Shown: positions 50,901 to 60,820 of the stretch, one piece after another | Position numbering within the stretch: the stretch's first letter is position 1 | Layout of the letters: each line of letters opens with the position of its first letter | Source: Deltaproteobacteria bacterium | GTDB taxonomy: Bacteria > Desulfobacterota > JAJRXV01 | Assembly: GCA_024275075.1 (NCBI GenBank) | Contig: JAJRZU010000070.1 | Coordinates: forward strand, 17,234 to 81,233 | Length of the DNA stretch: 64,000 nucleotides | Reading direction: 5' to 3' | Notes under the pieces: model-generated | What the model saw: the letters and a program-made list of their open reading frames with translations, nothing else | The model's database searches: none | What the model was told of the DNA's origin: nothing | Made by a program: the position numbers and the translations under genes

Positions 50901-52746
50901 GCTCTGACAGTAAACCGTTGATCGAAGAGAACTCCGCGCCGTTGACCGCAATCCTGAGATCAAGTTCAGCCTCATCGTCAATCAGGATGCTGCCGTCCAC
51001 GGTCAGGTCGAAGTCACCCTTTAACACATTGAGATCATTGAAATACAGCCTGCCGCCCTTATAGGTGATCTCTCCCTGGGACCTGTCGATGAAATACTTG
51101 TCATAGGTTACGTTGAATGCTGTCAGAGAAGTCGTGACAGACGGGTTGTCAAGCGTCCCGCCGAGCGTCCCTTTCACCGAGGCAACACCGCTTAGCGGTA
51201 CATCTATCTTCGCGACATTCTTTAGCGGCCCTGGGTTGCTGACATGCGCCTGAAAAGCGAGATCATAGCTCTTGTATCCGGGCATACTCCCTTTTAGATT
51301 CGCGCTAAAATCACTCGTTGTTACGTTAATATCCCTGAAGATTATATTGTCCGCCAACACATCCAGCGATATGTCAAGCTTTAAGTCATTGAAAGTGATA
51401 AGTTCTTTTTTGTTTTTCTCATACAGGCCGTCATACAAGAGAAACTCTTTTGACATCAGGCCGCCTGATATTTTGATGGTGAAATTATCGTCGGTGAATT
51501 CGCCGCCGACATTGAGGTCGCCGCTGACCACACCACCAAGCAGTGTCGGCAGGGCAGGGCAACTCCTCTGAATATCCGCGAAGTCCCAGTTCGTTACCGT
51601 AAGTTTTGTGACAAAATCCGGTAGTCTGGCATATTCTGTGGAATAGCTGCCGACAGCGTGACCGCCAAAGATATCCGCCTTTATATCCCGCACCTCTATC
51701 TTCTTATCATCTATGGCGACATTGCATGATAACGCATCGAAATCTATGCCATATATGTTGCCGCCGCCAGAGTCAAGGTCGCCGGTCAGGTTGAATTTAC
51801 CGCCAGAGCCGCTGACATTCCCCGACATTTCGTAATCACCTGTAAATTCAAAATCATCGGGCAGGCGCTTTTTTATTATTGAGCCATCCGCCTTCACTGA
51901 GAAATCTAAATCGTAGCTGACCCCGGGTTCCCCTTCATCATCGGTGAAGCGCGTATCGCCAGATACCTTTAGTTCCGCCTTGTCACCGCTAAAGGCCTGC
52001 GCGCTCTTTATGCTGAGTTTATTCTCTGAAATCATATACTTACAGTCAAGGAATAGGCTGTTTAACTCCTCGTCGATAGAATCGTTTTTGAATTTTAACC
52101 TTGATGCCTGCGCGAACATCAATAGCTCTTCAGGAATATTCTTCGTATTAGCATCGATATTGATACCGGTTACGCTTATCGTGCTATCATCGTCTAACCG
52201 TGTGATATTTATGCGGGAATCCACGATCTCTATCCTGTTGACAGTAAATGCGCCCTTAGCCGCGCCGCCCGTGGCGTCATCGCTGCCGGCAGGGGTAGCG
52301 GCATCGATGTCCAGTCTGCTCAAGCCCTTGACCTTATTATCTTTTACGTATATATTGGCGTCTAACCTAACCAATTTTATGCTCTCGATTATTAACTCCG
52401 CCTCTTCTGAACTGAATATGTGACTTAAAAGGTTGATCGGGTGTACGCCGGTCATTATCTTGATTTGTCTGACTTTTATGTTAGGGGAATAGTCCGTTCT
52501 TATTGCGGTGGATACGCTTACATCGTTCAGGTTCAGCGAGATCGGGAGCAGGCTTAATGTGAATTTCGAATAATCGATGATTAATCCCAATTCCTCTTGC
52601 ACGGCGGTCTGTACTTTCATCTCGACATAGCTTTGCACGGTCTTACTGCTGAAAAACGCCACCGGCAACGCTATGAGCAGCGCCAGGAAGACAATCAGGT
52701 ATAATATTAATTTTTTAATTTTATTTTTCATGTATGATAACTGCAA
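47971..52746 (-). CDS. tamB: TamB/AsmA-like translocation-and-assembly module protein (DUF490 C-terminus)
   Basis: 1591 aa with an N-terminal TM anchor. Long beta-rich repetitive periplasmic region and conserved C-terminal beta-taco-like domain. Confidence 0.75.
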   Translation of the reverse strand: MQLSYMKNKIKKLILYLIVFLALLIALPVAFFSSKTVQSYVEMKVQTAVQEELGLIIDYSKFTLSLLPISLNLNDVSVSTAIRTDYSPNIKVRQIKIMTGVHPINLLSHIFSSEEAELIIESIKLVRLDANIYVKDNKVKGLSRLDIDAATPAGSDDATGGAAKGAFTVNRIEIVDSRINITRLDDDSTISVTGINIDANTKNIPEELLMFAQASRLKFKNDSIDEELNSLFLDCKYMISENKLSIKSAQAFSGDKAELKVSGDTRFTDDEGEPGVSYDLDFSVKADGSIIKKRLPDDFEFTGDYEMSGNVSGSGGKFNLTGDLDSGGGNIYGIDFDALSCNVAIDDKKIEVRDIKADIFGGHAVGSYSTEYARLPDFVTKLTVTNWDFADIQRSCPALPTLLGGVVSGDLNVGGEFTDDNFTIKISGGLMSKEFLLYDGLYEKNKKELITFNDLKLDISLDVLADNIIFRDINVTTSDFSANLKGSMPGYKSYDLAFQAHVSNPGPLKNVAKIDVPLSGVASVKGTLGGTLDNPSVTTSLTAFNVTYDKYFIDRSQGEITYKGGRLYFNDLNVLKGDFDLTVDGSILIDDEAELDLRIAVNGAEFSSINGLLSELGEKSVDTLDNLSGSLTGTVDIHGSAKAPEIKLDMAAPYLTAYDLPVDISVKARIYDNEELQTYMVDIKQARITKDQARVDLSGNIVVKDGSFDLEYTAADIGVKHVLSTLKYDDIDVDAKVFSTGRILGADDGIKDAFMEVTVSGMTYNGQVVRNSNFILTYNDDGITVKGYFLKKELKLDLRLRGEKLNELEFNGIFIDLMLDDLISLFDGDADVKATVNGRLKFKTLLDYDNIKDINNYFINTGDLEADIELTDLITAGYKFKEAGLNIGYDERAGDIDMSILEEKIQFSTSFIYDGDIDLTLAEISVTDLLMSDINKYIDKSEAIKGKANISLNFKLNNVISIDNTTDLLANLRDVNGLMNFDDVSYEEFELGKICVNLATKRKLLKIRGICADSLLRISGVVDYKDKKRYEITLATPKELDYPELLRRFKVDLPEDIDGAVKFKLTLSGGIVDYNDYLVLLESDHLTIKASGLEFRNDDTIKVTYDGAIFSVDSLKLKDENSSLFVTGAVGRDSVADLKMGGTMKLPFVKPFLPKEIERIGGLSTFDASVKGDIKDPEVFGTLKIENGVLGVLKFPKNINNITGTIQLSRKELTIKKITGELNKTPVFVTGEVTLSEFKPTSLNLAIDCERLALNYPEGIYSQTTSHLKLEGGLEELVLFGGVDILKLRYTRPVKVINVKDIIKVEELLAADIVSFKDLFPTFKKRKSEPKQYKGKGGSLEFDVVINGEKDLIIDNNVAKCELKGNVNLIGNAADPVIIGNIEIITGKVFYMDKEFEIVSGMVNFANESYISPFFDILAEREVKPTGSDNIYTVSLRLTGEMEDAKLNIDSNPALDKTEIAALILFGIDPAETEEEKGEKRKLEALRIASDIAQKNLQKKLGKYIGFDRFKIDPYYSESSEATSARLIVGKEINDNITVTYTTDIIGTKEQSVELEYSLSKNFSLLGGWEDKGDASRGSFGGDLKFRFGFR

Positions 52747-52833
52747 ATAATCATTTTAAAACACACTAATACATTATGATTATAGCTTAATGAGCGTATG
52801 AATGTCAATAAATGCGTAAAGGGGGGGATATTA

Positions 52834-53844
52834 TTAGTAGATATCCTTAATGCACCTGAACCCGATTGAAATGGATTTAGTGTTTGGCGGGGCAAACTGC
52901 CTTGCGGACGTTCTTGATTCATTTTTACCGGTTTTAAATGATCCGCCACGCACTACATTGTTCTTTTTGGAGTAGTTTTTATTCTTTTTATGATTGTTCT
53001 CATAAGGCAGGTACGGGCTTGACGTCCATTCAGAGACATTACCGCCAATGTCTATCACATCATAAGGGCTAAGGTCGTCTGGGAATGTACCGATTATTAC
53101 CGTGCCACCAATACCGCTTTCAACCGCATTAGTTTTTTTGCCTTCCTCCCAAACATTGCCCCATGGCCAGATCCTGTTACCAGTGCCGCGCGCCGCTTTC
53201 TCCCACTCCTCTTCAGTCGGGAGGCGTTTCCCGACAAATTCACAATATTGCTTTGCGTCTTGCGCAGTTACCAGGACAACAGGATGGTTATCCTTCTTTT
53301 CAGGATACGTTCCATCCTTCCAGTTATATGCGGCGGCTTCCTCTGCATCAAGATACGGGGCTTCATGTCCGGTAGCGTCCACAAAGCTCTTATACTCTTT
53401 GTTCGTTACTTCATACTTATCGATATAAAACGGGTTCAAATAAACGCTGTGCGGCGGCATCTCATCATCATTCTTGTTGTCGCCCATACCAAAAAACCCC
53501 TTTGGTATGTATGAGAGCATAGAGCCGCTTATCCGGCAGCCGGCGCCTAATTCCTCGGCGACAGCCCCGAGCTCTACTTCATTGAATATACCTATAGGTA
53601 TCAAATCGCTCGCGAATCTGTCTTCTGATACGCTCTCCGCGAGGACACAGCCGAGTTCCCTGTTGTTCGCGCCATAAAGAACAAATGCGGAACCGGTCTT
53701 TATGCCGTCCTTTAAACCAATATCAACGATAACAACCCGATTGGTTTTGTCCTTCTTAATAACTTTACCGCGTCTGGCGTCTTGCGCAAAGGTTACATTA
53801 ACGATGCACATAAGAATCACTAACACGCTAAAAGCTCTCTTCAA
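52834..53844 (-). CDS. FGE-sulfatase/SUMF1-family domain protein (secreted)
   Basis: Signal peptide. FGE motifs HPVVLVTAQDAKQYCEFVGKRLPTEEEWEKAARG, RGGSF and GFRC. Confidence 0.8.
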   Translation of the reverse strand: MKRAFSVLVILMCIVNVTFAQDARRGKVIKKDKTNRVVIVDIGLKDGIKTGSAFVLYGANNRELGCVLAESVSEDRFASDLIPIGIFNEVELGAVAEELGAGCRISGSMLSYIPKGFFGMGDNKNDDEMPPHSVYLNPFYIDKYEVTNKEYKSFVDATGHEAPYLDAEEAAAYNWKDGTYPEKKDNHPVVLVTAQDAKQYCEFVGKRLPTEEEWEKAARGTGNRIWPWGNVWEEGKKTNAVESGIGGTVIIGTFPDDLSPYDVIDIGGNVSEWTSSPYLPYENNHKKNKNYSKKNNVVRGGSFKTGKNESRTSARQFAPPNTKSISIGFRCIKDIY

Positions 53845-53894
53845 CTCATCCTCCGTTGCACTAAATAAAAAATTATAACATACCTTGTAATATT

Positions 53895-54878
53895 TTACAC
53901 TAAAAAAATGTCTTCTGCAAGCATACAGGCAGAAAAATGCCCGTTTTTTATCTCCCTTAATTCGGGTACGATCTCCTTACACGTCTCCTTTGCGTACTGA
54001 CAGCGGGGATGAAAGATGCACCCCCGCGGCGGGTTTATCGGGCTCGGGACATCACCCTTTAAGATGATACGCTTCTTTTTCCCCTCCACGGCAATGCTTG
54101 GCACTGCGGATAAGAGCGCGGTTGAGTATGGGTGTAGCGGCTGTTTATACAAACTTTTACTGTCCGCCAGCTCCATCATCTTACCTAAGTACATCACACC
54201 GACACGGTCGCTTAAATACTCCACAACCCTTAGATCGTGAGAGATAAACAGATAAGTGAGGTCAAACTCCTCCTGCAAGTCCTTTAAAAGATTAAGTATC
54301 TGAGCCTGGATAGAGACATCGAGCGCCGAGACCGGTTCGTCGGCTATTATGAGCATCGGGTTCACGCTTAGCGCGCGCGCAATTCCGACCCGCTGCCGCT
54401 GCCCCCCGCTGAACTCGTGCGGGTACATATTCAATGACTGCTCATGTATACCGACAAGGTTCAAAAGCTCTTTTGTCCTGTCCACCCGCTCTTTGCGCGT
54501 CGAACATATTTTGTGAACGCCAAGCCCCTCTGACACCGTTTGACCGATAGACATCCGCGGGTTCAGGGATGCCTGAGGATCCTGAAAGATTATCTGCATA
54601 TCCTTGCGGACTCTCTTCATCCCCCTTTTGCTCAGCTTCAAAATATTGTCGCCATTATAAAGTATCTGGCCGCTTGTCGGTTCTATCAGCCGCAGGATAA
54701 GTTTTGCCAAAGTGCTCTTACCGCAACCGGACTCACCGACGAGACCGAAAGTCTCACCTTTAAAAAGAGTGATGCTGACATCGTCTACAGCCGTAAGCGA
54801 CTGTTTTTTCTCATACATCCTTGACTTTATCAGAAACGTTTTTGTCAGGTTCTCTATCTTGAGAAGCTCTTTTTGCAT
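53895..54878 (-). CDS. oppF: Oligopeptide/dipeptide ABC transporter ATP-binding protein (OppF/DppF-like)
   Basis: Walker [10 protein letters not shown], signature LSGGQRQRV and the C-terminal oligopeptide-ABC extension. Confidence 0.85.
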   Translation of the reverse strand: MQKELLKIENLTKTFLIKSRMYEKKQSLTAVDDVSITLFKGETFGLVGESGCGKSTLAKLILRLIEPTSGQILYNGDNILKLSKRGMKRVRKDMQIIFQDPQASLNPRMSIGQTVSEGLGVHKICSTRKERVDRTKELLNLVGIHEQSLNMYPHEFSGGQRQRVGIARALSVNPMLIIADEPVSALDVSIQAQILNLLKDLQEEFDLTYLFISHDLRVVEYLSDRVGVMYLGKMMELADSKSLYKQPLHPYSTALLSAVPSIAVEGKKKRIILKGDVPSPINPPRGCIFHPRCQYAKETCKEIVPELREIKNGHFSACMLAEDIFLV

Positions 54879-55853
54879 CTATACCATCCAGCATCGCGCG
54901 TAATGCCCCGCTTCGACCTCTTTAAAGGGGGGCGGATCATCGCATATCTTTTTCTTCAATGGGCATCTGGTCTTAAAAAGACAGCCCCCGGGCAGGTTCA
55001 AAAGGTGCGGTACTACTCCAGCGATCGCGTTCAGCCGACCCTTCTTCTTCTCGTCATGTTCAGCATCACTGATCGAGGGCAGCGATTGCAAAAGCCCTGT
55101 CGTGTACGGATGCCTCGGCGTTGACAGCACCTTCCTGACCGTAGAATATTCAACGATCTTACCGGCATACATGACCGCCACGTTATCGGTGTTTTCAGCG
55201 ACTATCCCAAGATCGTGCGTGATCAACAGCACAGCCATCCCCAGCTTCTGCTTCAGGTCATTTATCAGCTCGAGTATCTGCGCCTCGATAGTGACGTCCA
55301 GGGCTGTAGTCGGTTCGTCCGCGATCAGAAGTGACGGGCTACATGAGAGCGCTATCGCTATCATCACGCGCTGACGCATCCCACCAGAGAGCTGGTTCGG
55401 GTAATCGTTTATCCTGCGCTTGGCGGCAGGGATACCGACCAGCCTAAGCATATCGACCGCGCGGTCATACGCTTCCTTCTTACTGATATCAAGGTGCACC
55501 CGCATCGCCTCGGTGATCTGGTCACCCACAGTGAATACCGGGTTAAGCGACGTCATCGGTTCCTGGAATATCATCGATATCTTATCCCCGCGGATATTCC
55601 GTATCTCCTCATCGCTTGACCGCAATATATCCTTGCCATTAAAAACGATCTCGCCACCGGCTATCTCGCCCGGCGGCTGGATGAGCCGCATGATCGACAG
55701 AGCCGTCACACTCTTGCCACACCCTGACTCACCGACAAGGCCGAAGGAATCACCCCTCTTGATCGAGAAGCTGATATCATCTACAGCCTTTGCGATGCCG
55801 GCGCTCAAGTTGAAATATGTCTTTAAGTTCTTGACATCTAATAAGTTTTCCAT
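54879..55853 (-). CDS. oppD: Oligopeptide/dipeptide ABC transporter ATP-binding protein (OppD/DppD-like)
   Basis: Walker A GESGCGKS, signature LSGGMRQRV and a C-terminal Cys-containing extension. Confidence 0.85.
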   Translation of the reverse strand: MENLLDVKNLKTYFNLSAGIAKAVDDISFSIKRGDSFGLVGESGCGKSVTALSIMRLIQPPGEIAGGEIVFNGKDILRSSDEEIRNIRGDKISMIFQEPMTSLNPVFTVGDQITEAMRVHLDISKKEAYDRAVDMLRLVGIPAAKRRINDYPNQLSGGMRQRVMIAIALSCSPSLLIADEPTTALDVTIEAQILELINDLKQKLGMAVLLITHDLGIVAENTDNVAVMYAGKIVEYSTVRKVLSTPRHPYTTGLLQSLPSISDAEHDEKKKGRLNAIAGVVPHLLNLPGGCLFKTRCPLKKKICDDPPPFKEVEAGHYARCWMV

Positions 55854-55874
55854 AAGATTCCGTCTGATGATGTA

Positions 55875-57695
55875 CTATTGGTACTCATCCGCCCCGATAT
55901 CGTAACCGGCGCCCTGTGGTCTTGCGTTACCGTCGATATCGTCGGACGGCGCGCCCCCGCTCGCAGCGGTATCGATACACGGGGAGCCGGCGGTCAGGTG
56001 ATAATCGCCGCCACCGACAAACAGCGGATCGGCGTCTATGTTCCCCATGCCGGTGTATCCGCCCTGTACATCGGAGTATGTGATACTTATCGTAGCGTTT
56101 CCGCTCAGTAGATAGACCTCGCTATCGCTGTAGTTCGCAAAATTCCCCCACATGATGCTGTTCAAGACGACAGGGCCTGTTGAGCAGGCGATCCCGCCAC
56201 CAAAATCGGATGTGTTGCCGCTTATAGTACAATTTGTGATACTCGGTGTTGATGACGTGCTGTGTATCGCACCGCCATATTGAGACGCTGTGTTGTTCAC
56301 TATGATCGAGTTTGTCAGCTTAAGAGAGGAGAAAACGCAGCCGATACCGCCACCGTACCAGCCAGCCGTGTTATCGCTGATGGTGCAGTTTGTAATCACC
56401 GGCGATGACGATGAAAGGCAGTATATCCCGCCACCGGTGATGTTCGCGGCATTACCGGTTATGACACAGTTCGTTATTGTCGGGGATGAGCTGTCCTTGC
56501 AGTATATCCCGCTGCCATAATCAGAGGCTCCGTTGGTGATGGTAAACCCGTCAAGCACGGAATCGTTACCCTCACCAGAATCGAATTTGACTACCATGCC
56601 CGCCGCGCCGCCATCGATTATGGTTTTTGCCGCACCGCTCGCGGATTGGATCGTGATCGCCTTACCAGAATAATCTATGTTTTCAACGTAAGTGCCGTCG
56701 TAAACGATTACAGTGTCTCCGTTCACTGACGCGTTGATAGCCGCCTGGATAGTAGGGTAATCCCACGGCACCTGGTGGCATATCTCATCTATCAGGCCGT
56801 CGCAGTCCTGATCGACGCCATCTCCGCAAAGCTCCGCCGCGCCCGGGTAGCTTGCCGCGTCGGTGTCATTACAATCAGTATTGTCAACGACATACCCTTC
56901 CTGGGGTGTTATGCTGGAGATAGTGCTGTTCGGGTCGCCGTAACCGTCACCGTCGGCATCCAGGTAATATGTAGTCGGTGGTGTGACCTGATCGGCGCCG
57001 TCACAGTCCTGGTCGATACCGTCGTCGGCGATTTCCGCTGCCCCAGGATATATCGCCGCGTCTGTGTCATCGCAATCGGTATTGTCCGTCAGGTACCCGT
57101 CGGGCTGAGTTGTGTCTATTACCAGTGTTGAGGGGTCGCCGTAACCGTCACCGTCGTAATCATAATAGTAGTAATTCATCTGGATACCGTCACAATTCTG
57201 GTCGATACCATCGCCGGGCACCTCACCGGCGCCCGGGTATACATTTGCGTCTGTATCGTCGCAATCGGTATTGTCCGTAACATAACCCTCGGGCTGGACA
57301 GTCTCTGATACCGATTCGTCAGGGTTCCCGTAACCGTCACCGTCAGAATCCATATAGTAAGTGTTCAGGTGCAGGTCTGTACCGTTGCAATCCTGGTCGA
57401 TACCGTCGTCAGGCACCTCTGTGGCGCCCGGATATATCGTAGCGTCATCGTCGTTGCAATCACCCATATCTGCTTCGAAGACGTCACCATCGACATCGTT
57501 CGGATTTATAACGGTGTCATCACCACCGTCACCGGTGTCTGTGCCGCCATCGCCTGTGTCACCGGTGTCAACTTCCCCATCTGATGTCGCTACGCCGCTG
57601 TCATAGTTGACGGAACTGTCACAACCTGACAAAAACAGGAATAGTACCAAAGTAACCGCGAATATAGCGGCGACGTTTCTATATAAATGCCTCAT
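55875..57695 (-). CDS. Lipoprotein with four MopE-like putative metal-binding repeats and a right-handed parallel beta-helix domain
   Basis: Lipobox LSGCD. Four repeats of about 45 aa (DCDDTDAxIYPGAxEVPDDGIDQDCDG..DGDGYG), then NosD/pectate-lyase-like beta-helix repeats (ITNCTISGNT..GGGI). Confidence 0.7.
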   Translation of the reverse strand: MRHLYRNVAAIFAVTLVLFLFLSGCDSSVNYDSGVATSDGEVDTGDTGDGGTDTGDGGDDTVINPNDVDGDVFEADMGDCNDDDATIYPGATEVPDDGIDQDCNGTDLHLNTYYMDSDGDGYGNPDESVSETVQPEGYVTDNTDCDDTDANVYPGAGEVPGDGIDQNCDGIQMNYYYYDYDGDGYGDPSTLVIDTTQPDGYLTDNTDCDDTDAAIYPGAAEIADDGIDQDCDGADQVTPPTTYYLDADGDGYGDPNSTISSITPQEGYVVDNTDCNDTDAASYPGAAELCGDGVDQDCDGLIDEICHQVPWDYPTIQAAINASVNGDTVIVYDGTYVENIDYSGKAITIQSASGAAKTIIDGGAAGMVVKFDSGEGNDSVLDGFTITNGASDYGSGIYCKDSSSPTITNCVITGNAANITGGGIYCLSSSSPVITNCTISDNTAGWYGGGIGCVFSSLKLTNSIIVNNTASQYGGAIHSTSSTPSITNCTISGNTSDFGGGIACSTGPVVLNSIMWGNFANYSDSEVYLLSGNATISITYSDVQGGYTGMGNIDADPLFVGGGDYHLTAGSPCIDTAASGGAPSDDIDGNARPQGAGYDIGADEYQ

Positions 57696-57834
57696 TTTAT
57701 CCTCACTTACATGTTATTATCGATGCTAACCTCTGACTTGTGCAATATTATCATTACCTCTGATAATTGTCAAGAAATGTGATTCAGCCATCGCGATGCG
57801 TACCGCGAAGTAATACAAAAAATAATAAAAATAT

Positions 57835-57863
57835 TTGACAACGTTCTAAACAAACGATATACT
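57835..57863 (+). promoter_or_regulatory. Strong sigma70-like promoter (TTGACA-17-TATACT) for cytochrome gene
   Basis: TTGACA at 57835-57840, 17-nt spacer, TATACT at 57858-57863, about 60 nt upstream of ATG 57924. Confidence 0.45.
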
Positions 57864-57923
57864 GTCTGCCTTATTTAGAGTTTAACTAAATAATAAAATA
57901 ATTTGTAGGAGTAGTCATCAATA

Positions 57924-59111
57924 ATGAAACAACGAGTAATAAAACACTATTTTATTCTGGCTGTTATTCTTGGGTTGGCATCAAGTGCCTTCGCTAAAAC
58001 ATGCTATGAGTGCCACAAAGATGAGAAAAAGAGCTTTAAAAAGAAGTTTGTACACAGCCCTGTATAAGATGAGAGCTGTGATGATTGTCACAATGAGCAT
58101 GAAGAAGGGAAGCCTAAAAAGCTGTCGCTGGTAGCAAAAGATAATGACTTATGCGTAGATTGCCACGACGACATCGCCGACAAAAAACACATTCACAGCG
58201 CGATAGCCGACGGCCTTTGTATAGACTGCCATGACCCTCATGCCTCTGACAATAAGAACCGGCTGATCGCTTCAGGTAACGATCTGTGCTTTGAGTGCCA
58301 CGACGATATCGCGGACAAAAAACATGTCCACAGCGCGATAGCCGACGGGGATTGTATCGACTGCCACAGCCCGCACTCGACGGATAACGCGAAGCAGCTG
58401 ATCGCTTCAGGTAACGATCTGTGCTTTGAGTGCCACGACGATATCGCGGACAAAAAACATGTCCACAGCGCGATAGCCGACGGGGATTGTATCGACTGCC
58501 ACAGCCCGCACTCGACAGATAACGCGAAGCAGCTGATCGCTTCAGGTAACGATCTGTGCTATGAGTGCCACGACAGCAAGGAGGAACAGCGTCATGTTCA
58601 CCCTGCAATTACCGACGGGGAGTGTATCGACTGCCACAGTCCGCACTCTACGGAGAATCAGTTCCAGCTCATAGCTAACTACACTTTAAAACGATATGTT
58701 GCATTTTCACCAGAAGAGTATGCTTTATGCTTTGAGTGCCACGAGGAGTCATTAATTACGACAGAATTCGTAGTCAATAATGAGACTAACTTTAGAGATG
58801 GCGCAAAAAACCTTCATTTTATACACGTCAGAGGTAAGACAGTTGTCGATAAGTATGGCTTGAAGAGAAAGCCCAAAAAAGGCAGGGCATGTTTTGGTTG
58901 CCACATGAGTCATCAATCTGACCAGAACTTCATGCTTCTAAATGAACTTACCGCTGGTAAAATATTAGTTTATTCGCTGACATATACGCAAATAAAGACG
59001 GATGAACAAGATGGCGGCAGGTGCGTTGTCGGTTGCCACAATCCAAGGCAGTATGACCGCGGCAAGAAAGAAGAGAGGGTAGAAGAAATATCCAGTGCAC
59101 CGGCTCCGTAG
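57924..59111 (+). CDS. Multiheme c-type cytochrome (~13 CxxCH), interrupted by in-frame TAA at 58065-58067
   Basis: Signal peptide MKQRVIKHYFILAVILGLASSAFA, then CYECH..VHSPV*DESCDDCH..; about 13 CxxCH motifs in one frame to TAG at 59109-59111. Largely missing from the ORF track because the segment after the TAA has no in-frame start codon. Confidence 0.75.
58262..58537 (+). repeat. 138-bp tandem duplication (x2, one silent difference) encoding a di-heme module
   Basis: The unit encodes LIASGNDLCFECHDDIADKKHVHSAIADGDCIDCHSPHSTDNAKQ and is flanked by diverged copies. This coding repeat explains the spurious antisense ORF 58114-58608. Confidence 0.7.
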
Positions 59112-59254
59112 ATTGTCGGGTACCGTGGGATTTCAGCTGGGTGGCAGGTTGGTTATATTTCAGCTGGATGGATGAGCGGCGGCGGTTCGGTTAAGCAACT
59201 TGCCCCGCCTGCCATAAACAACACCATAAGTTAGCTAAGAACGCGGCATAAAAA

Positions 59255-59315
59255 AACACTTCCTCTTTTAGAAGAAGTGTTTTTTTAGTTTCAACAGGCT
59301 TGCCTGTTTGTTTTT
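59255..59315 (+). terminator. Tandem/bidirectional rho-independent terminators between cytochrome gene (+) and lipoprotein gene (-)
   Basis: First hairpin, A6-ACACTTC..GAAGTGT-T7, has a 5' A-run and a 3' T-run. Second hairpin is AACAGGCTTGCCTGTT followed by GTTTTT. Confidence 0.55.
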
Positions 59316-59347
59316 ATCTGCTGTGCGCGCGAGTAAACCAAGTAGCG

Positions 59348-60433
59348 CTACTCCTCAGTTTTCTTGCGGCTTTCCTCGATCAGTTCAGTCGTTTTCCTGA
59401 TAGCTTCCTTATACAGTTTTTTTGGTTTCAGCCTGTTAGCATCTTTAAACTGGACTAAAGCCTTTTCATACCAACCATATCCCTTGTAAGCAATCCCTAA
59501 GTTATAATTAGCTTCAGAATGTTTCCTGTTGATTCTTTGGCATTGCTCAAAGCTCTCGATAGCTTTTTTCCACTTACCTATTTTTGCATAATCTATCCCG
59601 ATCTTTACTAAGTTGCTGGAGAATGAATCGGCCCCGGGGATCTTTTCAAATACAATCAATTCAGTCTTTGAAGGAGGCGTTAACTGTTCTACAAAGTTAT
59701 TGCTAAGCTCTTCCATAACCTCATCCAAGAGAGTCTCAAGCTCTATGGAAGACATCTGAGTCGGGTTCAGACTCGTTCTATAACAAAAAGCGTCCACTTC
59801 CTCAGACAGGTATTCCGTCGTATTGATAATAATCTTCCCTGTCTTTGCATCATAAAGCTTATAGTTTATCTTTATCTTTCCGACCCTTGTCTTACATTCC
59901 ATCTTTACATCAACTTCCTTCTTTTTTTCCTGATACTCCAATTTCCCTTGTTTGTTCTTGATAAACTCAAATTCACCGGTGCCTTCTTGTTCTGTAATGA
60001 CCTTATTATAAACCTCATCACCGATCTCTCTTTCTAATACTTCCCCCATGAAGAACGCATCGACTTTTAATGCGGCGCCCAATGCTTTTAATTCACTTTT
60101 TTCCATGTATCGTTTTAAACCTAATCCATTCACCAATAGATCGCTGTCAACATCATCTGGTTTTTTCACTGTATAAATCAAAGTGTCCGCTAATGCCTGA
60201 GCTAACATATAAGATGCTTTCTTACCTTCGTCTTTTTTACCAAAGAAAGTTGTAACCGCGATAGAATCAATATTCCTGGCTCTGATGTCAATTGCGGCCG
60301 ACTTATATATTGTAATTGGTATTCGTGTAGTCTCACCTCTGCCGCTACCGATACCTGAGCATCCACTTATACTTATCGACATAATAACTATTACGATGAA
60401 ACATAGCGCGGCTGCGAACAGTTTGCTTTTCAT
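59348..60433 (-). CDS. Lipoprotein with C-terminal TPR repeats (hypothetical)
   Basis: Lipobox ISGCSG. The central region has no recognisable domain; the C-terminal TPR region reads KAIESFEQCQRINRKHSEANYNLGIAYKGYGWYEKALVQF. Confidence 0.55.
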   Translation of the reverse strand: MKSKLFAAALCFIVIVIMSISISGCSGIGSGRGETTRIPITIYKSAAIDIRARNIDSIAVTTFFGKKDEGKKASYMLAQALADTLIYTVKKPDDVDSDLLVNGLGLKRYMEKSELKALGAALKVDAFFMGEVLEREIGDEVYNKVITEQEGTGEFEFIKNKQGKLEYQEKKKEVDVKMECKTRVGKIKINYKLYDAKTGKIIINTTEYLSEEVDAFCYRTSLNPTQMSSIELETLLDEVMEELSNNFVEQLTPPSKTELIVFEKIPGADSFSSNLVKIGIDYAKIGKWKKAIESFEQCQRINRKHSEANYNLGIAYKGYGWYEKALVQFKDANRLKPKKLYKEAIRKTTELIEESRKKTEE

Positions 60434-60566
60434 ATCTCCCTCTGATTTCATATCTCCCCCTGATTATTTATGATCAATATAATTTGAGTACTTTTCGGTA
60501 ACTACTGAAAGCAATTTATATTATTATTAAAAAAAATACTAAATGTCAAGTTAATATTGTGCTGTA

Positions 60567-60595
60567 TTGAAAAAAAATACAATTTTTGTTATAAT
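60567..60595 (+). promoter_or_regulatory. Sigma70-like promoter (TTGAAA-17-TATAAT)
   Basis: Perfect -10 TATAAT at 60590-60595, about 19 nt before the start of a small ORF. Confidence 0.4.
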
Positions 60596-60613
60596 ACAAT
60601 AGAGGTAATGAAG

Positions 60614-60820
60614 ATGGATAATAAAGTGCATGAATCTGCTATGGCCGCATCGCGCAGGGTAGCGGAAAAAAAGATTGAAAGAGTTTTAGAAGCCAAGAGA
60701 ACAAGGCAAAAAGTGCAGCTTGAAAAAATACAGGCTGTAAAGAGGGATAGGGTTATTTTATCAAAAAAAGCAAGGGCGCTGAGTGAACGTGTGCGGCTGA
60801 AGAGCAAGAAAAGAGGCTGA
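60614..60820 (+). CDS. Small highly basic protein (68 aa), hypothetical
   Basis: MDNKVHESAMAASRRVAEKKIERVLEAKRTRQKVQLEKIQAVKRDRVILSKKARALSERVRLKSKKRG. AGAGG ribosome-binding site 8 nt upstream. Predicted helical and Lys/Arg-rich. Confidence 0.4.
   Translation: MDNKVHESAMAASRRVAEKKIERVLEAKRTRQKVQLEKIQAVKRDRVILSKKARALSERVRLKSKKRG

Noticed and set aside
58262-58537. CRISPR array or non-coding tandem repeat in the 58.2-58.6 kb region and at 38172-38231
   Set aside because: The repeats are in-frame coding duplications (a di-heme module; the KQEGEGEQGE motif). There are no spacers and no cas genes.
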